This document shows positions 13,827-27,241 of a stretch of DNA of 64,000 nt, one piece after another. The DNA comes from the human T2T-CHM13v2.0 reference genome, Homo sapiens. The stretch lies in the NCBI RefSeq assembly GCF_009914755.1, contig NC_060934.1, one strand, 5' to 3'. A program made the translations under genes and the position numbers. The notes under the pieces were generated by a model. That model was given only the letters and a program-made list of their open reading frames with translations. It had not been told where the DNA came from and did not search any database. How positions within the stretch are numbered: position 1 is the stretch's first letter; each line of letters opens with the position of its first letter.

Positions 13827-14281
13827 GTAAGAATCCTTAAAATCTACTCTCTTAGCAATTTTTAAGAATTCAATATATTTTTATAACTACAGTCACTACG
13901 TTGTGCAATAGATCTCTTGAACGTATTCCTATCTAGCTGCAAGTCTGTATCCTTTGACCAACATCTTCCCAGCTCCTCTCATCTTATTGTTTTTTAAGTG
14001 AATTAATTAGTAAATAAACACTTTTAACTGTTCACAAAACCTCTCATTGTTATCTTGAAAATATTTTAAAGGTGGTTTGCAAACTTTTAAGTCGTAGGAT
14101 ACTTTACACTCTTAAAATGTTTGAGGATACCAAGGAGAGCTTTTGTTTATGTGGGTTCTCTCTATCAATATTTACCATAATGGAAATTTAAACTGTGAAT
14201 ATTTAAAAGTGTTTTTTTATTTTTATTTTTTTTTAAAAAAGCAGCGTGGATCCTTCTCATTCAGAACTTTCAACAAATTAT

Positions 14282-14715
14282 CTGTAGGCTGTCCAGCAGT
14301 ACCCACTCCCTTGCCATCTGTCGCAGGGGCTAGAAGCCTGAGAACTCCGTTTTCTAGAATCCTCTGCCAGGAGGGCTCCAGATTAGTTTCTGCCAATGAG
14401 AAGCATTCTCACAAAGTTTGGAAGACAGGCAGAAGCCAGATTGTTGCTCCGCGAGCAGGCGTCTGGGCTTTAGCAGATGTGGAATTTTTTTAGCACTTTA
14501 AGGCGTTCCTATAATGACTGGTTTCAGAGATTCATAAAACTATAATTATAACCAATAGTTTCCTGGGGTCTCTGAAATTTCCTGACCCTCTTAAAGCTAG
14601 TAGCAAATTTACATTTTTTCTCCTCCCACCCTTTCAACATTTCTTTAATCATTGAATTCTATGATTTATATCTCTTTCTGCTTAGAATAACTGGAGAGTT
14701 TATATATTTCTGAAC
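14282..14715. mobile_element. LTR33-like ERVL LTR
   Basis: 'gaagcctgagaactccgttttctagaatcctctgccagg...tttctgccaatgagaagca' resembles the LTR33/LTR16 motif. Confidence 0.55.
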
Positions 14716-15383
14716 CATCTTACTTTGTGGTTGGAGCATCAGAGAAAGACCAAACAAACAAATAAATATGCAAAATGCATACAAACCATGTGAAGTACAA
14801 GAGAAATAAAATTAGCATCATAATATAGGCCTCATTGTTAGGTTTTAAGATGTATTAAAACACACCCTAAGTATATGAGAACTATACAGTGTCAGCCTAT
14901 TTACTTACATTAATAATTATGTATCTGTTTTTGATTTTCTAAGAAAACATGTAGTTTGTTTTTCAAGTTTCAAGGCACCATAAAATAAAATCAGAAAATG
15001 ATATTGGGAAAATGACATTGACTTTTAAGAAATTAACACCAGTGTTCCTTGTCACAATGATTTGTGAATGTGCTATAAAATTTTACAGACTCTTACCATA
15101 TGGAAATGTTTTACACAGAAATTCTTGGCAACATGATTTAGAATCTCATTACGTAATACCTTGATATAAAACACCGATTTGCTGATGTGATTAATTAAAA
15201 GCACAATTTTCATTAATTTTTATTTTAATTTCTGAACATTTTTCTATTTCATTGACTCTTCTGGAAAACTCAGCATAATCTAAGTTATATGAAGCATAAC
15301 TTCCAACAGTTGGAACAGAAACTTCAGATTGCAACAACAAAACATATTGTACCTCAGCTTTGCAGAAATAAGCAACATTTACC

Positions 15384-15863
15384 ATTGAGGAGGAGGAGAA
15401 ATGTCTTTTCCTCACTCATCCTAGGTACATGGAGGAGGCTTCTATAACAGAAGACAGATGAATAAAAGAAAAAAGCACACAAATGTATTTAATGTAAGTT
15501 TTATGTGACGCAGGATACTTCATAAAGAAATGGAGACCCCAACATGTGTAAAACTATGTATTTTTTTATGTTAGCTTTGATAAAGAAGTGGATAGTCATG
15601 GAGAAGTATGAGGGACAAAGGGGTATGATCTAATGTTGATAAACTTGGGGAACTTAGCAAGGCCTGTGTGTTCAGATTCTCCTTGGCCTCTCTGTAACAT
15701 TCCTTCCCTCTGAATATAGAGCAGGTCACCTGTCACATGAGAGTCTTTAAGATGGAGGATCAGAGAGACTTTTTGCTTCTGTGGTTTTCTTAAGTCCTTC
15801 GGATTAAAATACTCAATATTCCAAGGTGCCATATTTTGGGGTATCAGTTCCTGTACCCCCATT
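15384..15863 (-). mobile_element. MER34/MER39-family ERV1 solo LTR
   Basis: Reverse-complement start 'tgggggtacaggaactgataccccaaaatatggcaccttggaatattgagtattttaa'. Confidence 0.75.
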
Positions 15864-17539
15864 ACTTTTAATTAGGGATTTTTATTTAGGAAGACTATGT
15901 GGTATCATAGAAAGACATTTGATGTCAGAACTACCTTCAAATAACTGTAAGTTACTTAACAGAGTAGTTTACATCCCCTTAGTTCTACAGACCTGAGAAG
16001 ATAAGAGTTTAGGTTTATGGGAGGCTAATTCTACTGCACACACTAGTGACTGCACATTGCTTCATCTTTTTGAGCCTCTTTTCTAGTCAGAAAAAAAGAG
16101 GTGACCATTCTTACCTGCTAAGACTTTAGCAAGGATTAAACCAAGAAATGAATGGCAAGTGCCTTGGTCAGATCTAGCACAAAGTACACACCAAAGAACA
16201 GTACTATTCTCACATGTCCCACTTAAAGGACATGGCTACAAGCTTTGGGAGAGAGTTGATCCTGTGTCCCCCTTTTTATGGTATCATATTTGATGAAGCT
16301 TATGAATGCTAAGGAGTTGGGTGTGTTGCAAAAGTATCTTCATTGGGATTAATTCATTGATTATAAGCAAGGCAGAGAGAGGAGGAGAACTATTTGATTA
16401 AATGTATTCTCTTCTAACCTCAAAGGTAAATCATGCAACATATATCCCAACCAAGCAAGGGCTAGAAAAAGCTGCACACACGTTAAGGGATTGGACTTTC
16501 AAGTTTCATCTTTCTATTTGTCAGTTCTGCTTAAATCTTTCCCTTTTCTACTTCTTTTCATGAAGGCCTCAAAAATCATTTTTGTCTCTTTTCAGCAAAA
16601 TAGTATCCTTCACCATTAAATTATTAATGTTAATAATCTTTTTTTAATGAGGTGGATTTTTATTCATGCTCAATCAAAAGCATCCACACCCTTCTCCTAA
16701 TTCAGTTTCTGTGGGTGCTCCTCCACTCTTCTAATGATTAGTCATATCTTTGGGTGCTGGGAGAGAAAAAGATTTTCTAAAATATATTTTAGGAAAGCAT
16801 GCACTTTGTTTTTTTCTGATTTTTTTCAAAGTAGGCATATCTGTTTAAAGTACCACTAGCTTTGCAAAAACATTAAATTACTATAGGAAGAGCAAAGAGT
16901 CATGAGCAAATAAAAATGTAAGGAACTGTGCTTTAATATTTTTAAATTGCTGCACTATGACATCTCTACAAAGGGTCCTAGTTAAAAAATAACTTGACTT
17001 ACTGTCTTAGGGGTTGGCAGCCAGAGAGGGAGGAAAGGGCTATAGATTAAGAAAGTGGGTTATAAGAGTATAGAATTTTAGAGGTAGAAAGAACGTTGGA
17101 GAACAACCTAATATCCCAAATCCTTCATTTTATGAGCGAGGGAATTGCAGGCAAGTGAGATAAAGTGACAATAGAACTTGGAACCTACCCTTTGAAAATA
17201 AAGAGTTACAAGTGACTTTGTCTACACATGCAAAGCCAAGTGTGAAATGGTGCCTTTCTGCTTAAATGACATTTAGAGCCAGGATTGTCAAATTCTGCAT
17301 CCATGTTGATTGGGTCATCAAACTAGTCGGGTATTTTCCTAATCTCTGCTAAAAGCCATGCTTTGCAAACCCAGTCTGTGGGTCTACAGCAAAATGCAGC
17401 TCAGGCCCTGCTCCCATGCAGCCACTTGAACAGCTTTTAGCATTGTACACTCGATTGTTCAGTTTTGTGCTGAGACACCATTTTCTTGCCATCCTGTTTC
17501 CATTGACTTCTCAGTTCTTTTTTCACGTAGCCCATCATG

Positions 17540-17960
17540 TACTGGCTAAGCACTCAGATATGCATAGCCCTGAGTTAAGTGGTTAGTGGGAACACGAAAG
17601 TACAAGCCAAGGTCCTGAAGGAGCTTATTCTCTAATTAAGAAATAAATGGATGCATGAAGAAGTGAGATCATAGATCCTGTATCTGCAAGTGTAATATAT
17701 TCAGTGCTGTGGTTCAGAAAAGGGAGTAATCTCTATACACCGCCCTGGATTTGAACTGGACTGTAAAATGGGGTAGGTTCTAGATATATGTTCATATGTT
17801 CAGATATCTACATAGATTCTATATCTAGATATTCATATATCTAGAACGTATCTATCCGCATTTCACGTATATGATATATCAGTATATCACAACCATGACG
17901 TACGATATAATTACATGAAGCAGACAGGGAATGGCATTCTAGGGAAGGCGATAACATGCA
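17540..17960. mobile_element. L2 relic interrupted by a ~130-bp TA-rich palindromic patch
   Basis: 'gtcctgaaggagcttattctctaa' and 'tttgaactggactgtaaaatggggtagg...ggaatggcattctagggaagg'. Confidence 0.6.
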
Positions 17961-19166
17961 CACATACTTTAAGTTGGTAATAAACACCCCATATCCCAGT
18001 GTCAGATAGGAAAATAATCTGTTGGGGGCAGGGGGATTCATGATAGGAAGTAGCTGGTTGGGTGTGTTTTAGGAGAACTTGACTACTAGGCTGAGTACAT
18101 TATCCCATTAAATATAGCAAGGCTGCTCATTACAAGCCTATGAGTAAGTCAACTTTTCATGGTGGAGAGTAGAGAACATAAATTGTCTTGCAATCCATTA
18201 ATATTATGACATGATTACCTGGTTGCCCCCCAAAACGCATCATTTTATGGGCTCTCTTCTGGTAAAATTACTTTTCTGACTCTGTAACACCATAAAAGAA
18301 TACTCCCCAAACCACAAAACTGAGACAACTAGAGTGCTTTGGATTTTGCTACCCATGTAGATTTATAAGTTTTCTTTTTATTGATAATTCATTGTGGAAA
18401 TTACTTTGGCAAATATGTATTCAGAAGTCCATTCAAAAAGGAAAAACTCACTAAGTGAAGAATCTAAAAAGTTAATACAGCTCACAGAGCAGCCAAGAAA
18501 TAGAAATAGAAATGGTGAGGCTTGAACTTCTAGCAAAGATATCAGTGTTTCACGTGATGGATCCAGAAGGAGATGCAATCCTTGCCTACCCCATTGCCAT
18601 CTTTTCAAAGTCAAGAATGAGACCCAAGAGTAACAGGAGAGGGATGGAGGCTGACAAAGGCAAAGCAGCAGAAAGGAATCATTTAGAATATGCTCATGTC
18701 CTGATTTGAGGTTGAAGACCCCCCAGGATAAGAAGTGTTCTGCATGAGATATGTTTATTTGGCAAACAAGAAAGGCCAGAACAGGGCCATCATTTCTTTT
18801 TTTTTTTTTTTTTTGGAAGCCCTCGTGATGGGATAAGAAGGAACGCATCCCAGCCAAAGGTCTAGAAGGAAGCTTCAAGGTCAGGCCCTGATTTGACACA
18901 GGGCCCCTAACACTGTCAAAGTGGCATGCCTGTTGGCCCCTACAAATGCACGAGGAGAGTTTCTGTGTTGTGACAGAGTCACACTATTTATCCTCCTTCA
19001 CTGAGCTTGCAACTCTAGGAGGGACACAAATGGAGTGTGAGGGTGGCAGGAGGAAGAAAGGCCACCCTTAACCAGCCAGATAAACTGAACCAACACTGCG
19101 GGACAATGGAATAAGTGATACCACCGCCAGTTTTACTTTCTTTTTCTTTGCTTATATGTCATTTAA

Positions 19167-19556
<390 letters not shown>

Positions 19557-19638
19557 TGACTAAACAGCAAGTCTTGAGGACTTTCATGGTCTTCTCTCCT
19601 CTCTTGTTCTAGGCTATTGCTTAGTCCCCTCATCCTAA

Positions 19639-20083
<445 letters not shown>

Positions 20084-20857
20084 CTGTAGTCCACCTTTTG
20101 TAAGAGATGTGAATTGGGATGAGTCTTCCCGGTGTGCCTAAGTCTCAGCTCAGGCTCCTAAACATTCAAGAGAACAGAGAAACTGTCCTGAGGTTACAGG
20201 CCTTCGCATTTCTCCTGATGCAGTGGATGGGATAGCAAGTACCAAGGCTTAGCGACTACTCTAGCTTGTGAGCAGATCTGGGGATCCCTAGAGGGAAAGA
20301 GGAGAATGTGAATGATTTAGAGTCGTCTTTGGTCTAACCTGGTCATGACTGTGCTGTGTTCCTGACCTGGCTTAGAAAAACCCTCCCATTGACAAGCCTT
20401 TCTTGGTTTCTACACCATAAGTTGATGACTATTGAAGCTGAACATGACCTCAATGGTCTTTTAGTTGGCATATTACACTTGGGTTGGGGTGTGGATATGT
20501 GGGAGTTTGAGGGATGGGGATTAGGTAGCTGAGGACCAGGGACATCTGATGTAGTGGAAATCTCCTTTGTGCTGATTTTAGGTCTCAGGACAGTCCCACA
20601 GCCCAACACCACCTTATCCATGGGACTATCGTGATCGTTGGGTTCTCCGGATGGAGTCCTAACATCGCCCTTTTAAGCAGTTGCCCTTTCTTTCTACTAC
20701 CCAGGTCAAGCTTTGGAGAAATGGGACAGAAAGTCAAGGAGAGTTTTAACTTTAAACTCAGCAGCCTTTTTTGAAGGTGTCGCTGTGGAAGCCAAGATCA
20801 TGTCTGGGATTGACCCTAAGGTTGATGGAAGGTTTCTGAGCATAGTTCAGCATCATC

Positions 20858-20871
20858 CCACCAGGGGGCAG
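20858..20871 (+). promoter_or_regulatory. CTCF core motif
   Basis: CCACCAGGGGGCAG matches CCASYAGRKGGCRS at every position, in apparently non-repeat sequence. Confidence 0.6.
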
Positions 20872-21655
20872 TAGGAAGCTGTGTGCACAAACCATTTCAT
20901 CTTGACCAAAGTCAAATCCGAACCATACAACTTTTCTGTCCTTGAACCGGAGCTTCATTAAAACCCTTGGGCAACATTTCAAACTTTAAAACTGTAGAAA
21001 CTTTTAGTGAATATGGAAGCATTGTTAAGCGTAGGTTGGATTTTCTCTTCATAACCAATACAGGATTCAATTTTGCTGGGAGCATGTCATCATTTATTTT
21101 CTTGTCTGAAATGGCTGTTTTTCACTGGTTTCAAGATCTGAAATATGAATGCATTATTTACAATTATGTAATACCCTTACCCTGAGCTGTAAAATAAAAA
21201 TTAAAAAAACTTGCTTTTCCGTGTCTTTTAAAGTGTTGCCTCCAATCCATGTTATTAAAATTTAAAAGAGCCCAAGAGCAGCATTGGTAATAGCAGAGAA
21301 CAGATTCACACTCAGATTCATTTTTGTTTAGCACTTGCCGTGTGCCAAGCATTGCCCTGGGAACTAGGAGTACAGGGGTGGCTCTGTTCCTCGGGGAGAT
21401 CATGGTCTCCTGGAAGATCCTACAAAATAACAGAAGACCAAGTCCCCTGTGCTCTGGAGTAATTAGAATGCTGCTCTTAGCTTTTAGGCAAAAAGCTAAT
21501 CAAATTGGTAAATGGGAAAAAGAAACACAATAGAATCCTTTCTGGAAAAACCACTGCTTAGGAAACCTGACATGTTCATAATTGCAGGATTTGGGGTAAA
21601 AACCCCTCAAAGCAAATTTCCTACTTTATCAATTCCATTACAGCCAATTATGGCC

Positions 21656-21692
21656 TGTGTGTGTGTGTGTGTGTGTGTGTGAGTGTGTGTGT
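21656..21692 (+). repeat. Interrupted (TG)n microsatellite
   Basis: Read directly from sequence. Confidence 0.95.
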
Positions 21693-22059
21693 TGTGTCTA
21701 TATATAACGAAATTAGGGCAAATGGCTTCCTCATTATTAAGAGAGCATTTTTCCTTCCTACTTGAGTTTTCATTATTTCCTAAGTAATATTTTCTCAGTG
21801 CAATTTTGCAAATGTAAGATACCCGGGAATAGATACAGGTTGAAGCGGCAATCCAGGGACTGTCTCATAAAAGCATTGAGAAGTTTGGAAGCACATTAAG
21901 TTTTTAGATTGAAACAGCAAAAAAATAATGTCACTGTGTTATGAACCAGGTGCTGCCTGCCTGCCTGATGTGTCTTGATTCTAATTAGTTAAACAGTAAA
22001 AATGGAGCCCTTATTTTTTTGGCAAGGTTAAGCGTATGGCTGAACATGCTCAGCACAGG

Positions 22060-22230
22060 ACAGTGATTTGCAAACTCTGAATCCTGGTCCCCAGTCTATT
22101 CTTGACTTTGGGAAAGTCACTTCGCCTCTTGTTTCTTATTTCTCTTGAGTAAAATGGAAGCCATGAAACAGTCCATCTCACTGGGGTACCGTGATGAATG
22201 TCACAGATGATGGAAATATGCTTTGCAAAT
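22060..22230 (+). mobile_element. MIR
   Basis: 'tgactttgggaaagtcacttcgcctcttgtttcttatttctcttgagtaaaatgg'. Confidence 0.7.
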
Positions 22231-24446
22231 TCAAACTGGGGTTGAAATGTTGGTGCTAGCCCATAGCAAAGAGGTATGTGTCTGGTTTCATAGAGAAGCA
22301 ACTCCCCTGCCTCCCTTTTTTGCCCACTTCTAGCCTCTGCATATGCCTAGAAGCACCAAGATCATTATTCAGCCATTTTTGCCCTTAAACAAACCAAATG
22401 CAGTCATTTCAAAGATATTCAGAAAGCATCTTGCCTTTATGCTCTTCAGGAAGCAGGAACCATGAAAATCAAGTTATTGTAGTTGTGCTTATGCGCCTTC
22501 TTGCCTCGGATTGACAGGGAAGGTATTGCATTTGGGGACCATAACCGCAAAATGGATTTGTGATATAGGAAGGAGACAATTTCTCCATGTGGAAAGGGGA
22601 GCACTGGGCCGGTAATTCCTTGTGGTGAGTTTTTCTTCCCTAGACAGCAAACACAACGGCAGAAACTGTTATTTTCTTTTTTACTGTGTATCCAACACCT
22701 GTCACAGTGCCTGGTACACCGTAGCCCTACAGTAAATGTTCGCTGAAAGAATGTTGAGAAAAAAAATCCACTGTTTCACTTGAAACTGCTAATTGTCATA
22801 CCAAAGTACTTGAAAACTGCATTTTCCATGAAGATCCTAAGTCATAAAACAACCATGAAATAATTGGAACTAATACTAATCCATTCATGTCTAAATTTAT
22901 GTACAAAATTATAAAATTTTAATATATTTTAAAAGGCTTTTTTAAAAATGAACTTTAACTTTGATCTTTATTGTTTTTAGTAGATTTTTCTATAAGCCTG
23001 AATTCCCACAGTTCAAAAGAATGAAGAGAGATGCTAGTTTACCCTTGTATTGCGGAAACTCCAACAATACTTAACTAGCTCACAGGGGAAAATGGGATTT
23101 CAGTCACATGGTTTTTATTCTTATTTACTCCTGAGCATCCCAGTATTTTAAAATGTAAAGGCATAAAGAGGAGATACAAATGCCTTCAAAACTCACTGTT
23201 ACTTCTTAGAAGCCCAGGATGACTTGAGAATTGAAAAACAGCACAGCTTCATGGTCTAACCTGTTTCGAAGGTGATTCCCAAGTCTCTTCTATGAATGCT
23301 TTGTACTGGGATTTCAACTGTTTGTGCTTTTAGTGTTTCTTAAGGAAGAAGCAGCCACATTTCATGATTCCTACCAACTTGCAGGAAGTTCTACTGTGAA
23401 AGAAGGATAAAAGAACTTAGTATTATTTTCAGGAGAAGGGTTACATTTTCCCACATTATCACATGTCCCCCCAAAAAGTATCATTGAAGGGAAAATTGAG
23501 GACTTCTTAAAAGAAAATAGAGTTTAAGGCCACTATGAAAAGAAATGCTTTATTTTTTTAATTGCTTGGGTCCATGTTCAATAAAGAGCTTCGCTAATCA
23601 TTTTTCCTAATTACTTTGGCTAACTCACATTTGATGGGAAAAATATATATTGTGGAAACTGCAGTGAAATGTAAGTTGTTCTCCCATGTAATTAGTTTGT
23701 TCTGGGAGCTTATTTTTATTACAAAAATAATTTGTGGTAGGTAGCTATAGGAAGACGCTCAGGCTGGAAGGTTTCAGGATAATATTTTCTATGTGAAACC
23801 TTCTCTACCATGAGAAGTCATTTTATTCCTTGGAATTCAAACATATACTTTACATCTAATTCTAGATAGAGAGATGTAACAGACCTGGGCCTTTCACTGT
23901 CTGGCAGCATTTTGGTGGCCTTCTATCCATGGAGGGAATTAAAGGCTTCAGGCATCAGGGCCCTGTATATTCTTTCAGAGAACCTATCTCTGGGGCCCTG
24001 TTTCCCTTTCTTACTTGTGTCTCCCTCTCAGTGCCAGTTCAGTTATATGGGAGGTGTAGGGAATGGTGGAGGTTGGAAGAAGGGCACAGCCATGCCTATA
24101 CCTGGAGTGATTTCTCCAGGGAACATTGACTGGTTTTGTTCATGGCTCCCTGAAGCCAGGAGGTATGGAGAAGGGGGCTTTCTTTTTTTTTTCCCCCCCA
24201 AAACTAATCTAACTGCCTGTTCTCTGAATCCCATTTATACCAACTCCCCAGGAATGTCCTCTCAACTATTTTCAATTTTACCCTCCGTTTGGCTCTTTCT
24301 CCTTTGCTTTCAAACATTAGTAAATTCACTTATATTTTTAAAAAGAAGAAAAAGAAAAAAAAAGACTTAACCTTAGCAAAGTCTTCAAACAAATATCCTT
24401 TACCTGGTGCCTTTATTTCTTTGTGTTCTCCTTCCTGACTTTTATG

Positions 24447-24849
24447 TACTTTGCAGTATGGCCCCATCCTAAAATATCTTTATTGTTAAGATTTTAACTC
24501 AATAAAAATCAAACCTCAATGCAGAAAAGAACCCCAAGAGGTTGTCTGGTCTGCATCCAAATCTTCAGGCATCAGTGGCCATGCACTTGCCCCAAGAGAA
24601 CAAATTTCCAGGACCCTGTTTCTCGTTCCTGCCTCTCTCTTGCTCTCAATGCTAATTCGAATACATGGGAGGCCAATGGAGAGCAAGCATTGCCCGACCT
24701 GGGGTGATTCCCCAATCTGCAGACAAGGCACAGGGGCCAACAGCCAGAGGACACTGTGTACTTCGATAAATCTTTTGGTGTTTTCTCATGCTCACCAATC
24801 TTTCTACCATGTTTGATACAGTTAAAAAGGCCAGTTCAATTTCCATGAC
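24447..24849. repeat. Left arm of a ~400-bp inverted duplication
   Basis: Its reverse complement aligns end to end with 26839-27240 (about 71 substitutions and 3 single-base indels by hand count). Confidence 0.97.
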
Positions 24850-25399
24850 ACTATATTCTGAATTTCATTCTGAACAACAGGGGAGAATTAGTTGGGGAAA
24901 CTGGGCACTTACAAAAGGTCTTACTGATTCTCTGGCTCAACAGAGAATTCTCATAAGCAGAGGGCCTTTGCATTGCATTGAAAATACTTTGATTCTGTGA
25001 GCAAAAACACAAGCATGGTTCGTATTGAGCATGGTTACTGATTTAAAAGCAATTCAAAGCTGAGTGTACACTCCAGATTTAATGTTTGGCTATGGTTTTT
25101 ATTTAGAAATATTTCAAGACAGAAAGAAGGCATTGTAAAAGTTACAGCACAACAGATGCAGACTAGATCTCTATCATTGGGATCGCTTTATATTAATATT
25201 TCTGAAAATAACTATCACTAAAAATAGCCATATACAGTTTTTTTCTGCTTTTCTTCTGGGCACTGTTACACAATTTATAAGAAAACAACTGCATTGCCTT
25301 TTAAAATCAGAATACAAATAAAGCGGTTTGCATGGTTGTATGTATATTTGGTGTTGCTGTTGGTTGCTTTGTTTAGTCTGTTGGTTGATTTGAATTAGG

Positions 25400-25870
25400 A
25401 AGATTCAAAAGAACAGGGTGAAACCTGTGTGTTTGCCCCAGGGAGGGTGCCTCATTGCAAGAATCAGGACCTGGGATAGGAGACAGAGAACTCACTGACT
25501 CTTGAGTAGCTGGAGGCAGTGTTGGACCCTGGCAGCACCAAGTAGGCACTGACAATTAAGGAGCAGGAGCAATGTGGCCAGGGAACCACCACTGCCATCT
25601 CTTGCCACAAGCCACTCTCACACTGCTGCCACTGCTACTTCTACCCTTCGCGTCATCTTGAGTCCTTCCCTCAGGGTTTAGAGTAGAGCCCACATCACCT
25701 ACCTGGACACTGGTGGCCAGGGATGGTGCAGAGATGGGGAAGGCGGAGGGAAACGTCTGAGAAGGGTCTTACCCTTTCCACTTAGATTAAGGGATGAGGG
25801 GGTAGATTCGCTGACATGGCAGAGAATTTCCCAATAATGCGAAGGAGTTTTGAATGGTGGACTCTCCCGC
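25400..25870. mobile_element. Old MaLR-like LTR (MLT1L/M/N-like), tentative
   Basis: GC-richer segment with 'ggaaccaccactgcc...gccactgctacttc...cacatcacctacctggacactggtggccaggga'. Confidence 0.4.
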
Positions 25871-25975
25871 AATATTCAGTATAGAAGGGGAAATGTCTTA
25901 GAACACTCTGACTAATAAAAATATCATGTGCCCTCTATTGATTTATTAAGATTACTATAGTGATCCCTCCCAAGT

Positions 25976-26250
25976 GATTCCAGCATTTTGGGAGGCCAAG
26001 GCGAGAGGATCGCTTGAGCCCAGGAATTTGAGACCAGACTAGACAACATAGCAAGGCCCTGTCTCTACTAAAAATTAAAAAAAATAATAATAACTGGGGA
26101 TGTTGGCACAAGTCTGTAGTCCCAGCTACTCAGGAGGCTGAGTGGGAGGATCACTTGAGCCCAGGAGTTTGAGCTTACAGTGAGCTGTGATTGCACCACT
26201 GCAGTCCAGCCTGGGTGATAGAGTAAGACCCTATCTAACAAACAAGCAAA
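25976..26250 (+). mobile_element. AluJ, 5'-truncated
   Basis: 'ggatcgcttgagcccaggaatttgagacc...gggaggatcacttgagcccaggagtttgag'. Confidence 0.92.
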
Positions 26251-26365
26251 TGATTACAGTAAACCTCATAAAAGTGTTGGAAGCATGGTTCATATATTAT
26301 CATAATTTCTAGCATTGTATACTTTTAAAATCCAACTCAGTAAAAGTATACCTTTATATAACTAG

Positions 26366-26740
26366 CGATATGGTTTGGTTGTGTCCCCACCCAAATCTCA
26401 TCTTGAATTATAGTTCTCATAATCCCCACGTGTCGTAGGAGGAAGCAGTGGGAGGTAATTGAATCATGGGGGGCAGTTACCCTCATGCTGTTCTAGTAAT
26501 AGTGAGTGATTTATCACAAGATCTGATGTTTTTATAAGGGGTTTTTCCCCATTTTGCTCGGCACTTCTCCTTGCTGCCACCATGTGAAGAAGGACAGGTT
26601 TGCTTCGCCTTCTGCCATAATTGTAAGTTTCCTGAGGCTTCTCCAGCCCTGCGGAAACGTGAGTCAATTAAACCTCTTTCCTTTATAAATTACCCAGTCT
26701 CTCGTATGTCCTTATAGCAGTATGAGAACAGACTAATGCA
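26366..26740 (+). mobile_element. THE1 (C/D-like) solo LTR
   Basis: 'gatatggtttggttgtgtccccacccaaatctcatcttgaat...gtgagtcaattaaacctctttcc...gactaatgca'. Confidence 0.93.
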
Positions 26741-26838
26741 ATTAACATCGGGCATTGAGTAACACAATGTGTATCTTGTAGGTCTGATGTCATTTCTGTG
26801 CCATGCAGTATCCTGGGGCACAAGTGGTGATCTGAACA

Positions 26839-27240
26839 GTCATGGAAATCCAACTGGCTTTTCAACTGTACCAAACACGCTGGAAAGATTGATGAGCATG
26901 AGAAAACACTGTCAGATTTATTCAAGTACACAGCTTCCTCTGGCTGTTGGATGCCGTGCCTTGTCTACAAATTGGGGCTTCACCCCAGGTCGAGCACTGC
27001 TCGCCCTCCGTGGGCCTCCTGTGTGTTCAAATGGGCACTGAGGGCAAGTGAGAGGCAGGAAAAAGAAACAGCATTCTGGAAATTGGTTATGTGGGGGAAA
27101 ATGTGTGGACTCTGATGGCCTGAACTTTTGAATGAAGACCAGATAATCTCTTGGAGTTCTTTAGTACATTGAGGTTTGATTTTGTTGAATTAAAACCTTA
27201 ACAATAAAGATATTGCAGAATGGGGCCAGACTGCAAAGTA
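26839..27240. repeat. Right arm of the ~400-bp inverted duplication
   Basis: See left arm; homologous pseudo-ORFs appear in the track (24652..24846 minus and 26769..27041 plus). Confidence 0.97.
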
Positions 27241-27241
27241 A

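Noticed and set aside
18378-18899. Longest ORF (173 aa, minus) and overlapping 65-aa plus ORF
   Set aside because: No recognisable domain, crosses a poly(T) run, non-ATG start for the long ORF, no supporting splice structure.
23912-24370. 152-aa ORF next to the left inverted arm
   Set aside because: Non-ATG start, homopolymer-derived residues, no recognisable homology.
24572-27041. Paralogous-looking peptides in the two inverted arms (ERLVSMRKH / ERLMSMRKH)
   Set aside because: Similarity appears in several frames, substitutions are not concentrated at third positions, and a 1-nt indel shifts the frame near the start. This reflects DNA duplication, not a coding gene pair.
24447-27240. Arms as terminal inverted repeats of one DNA transposon
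   Set aside because: No transposase remnant in the spacer and no convincing TSD (right flank is an AC tract). Not supported, though not formally excluded.
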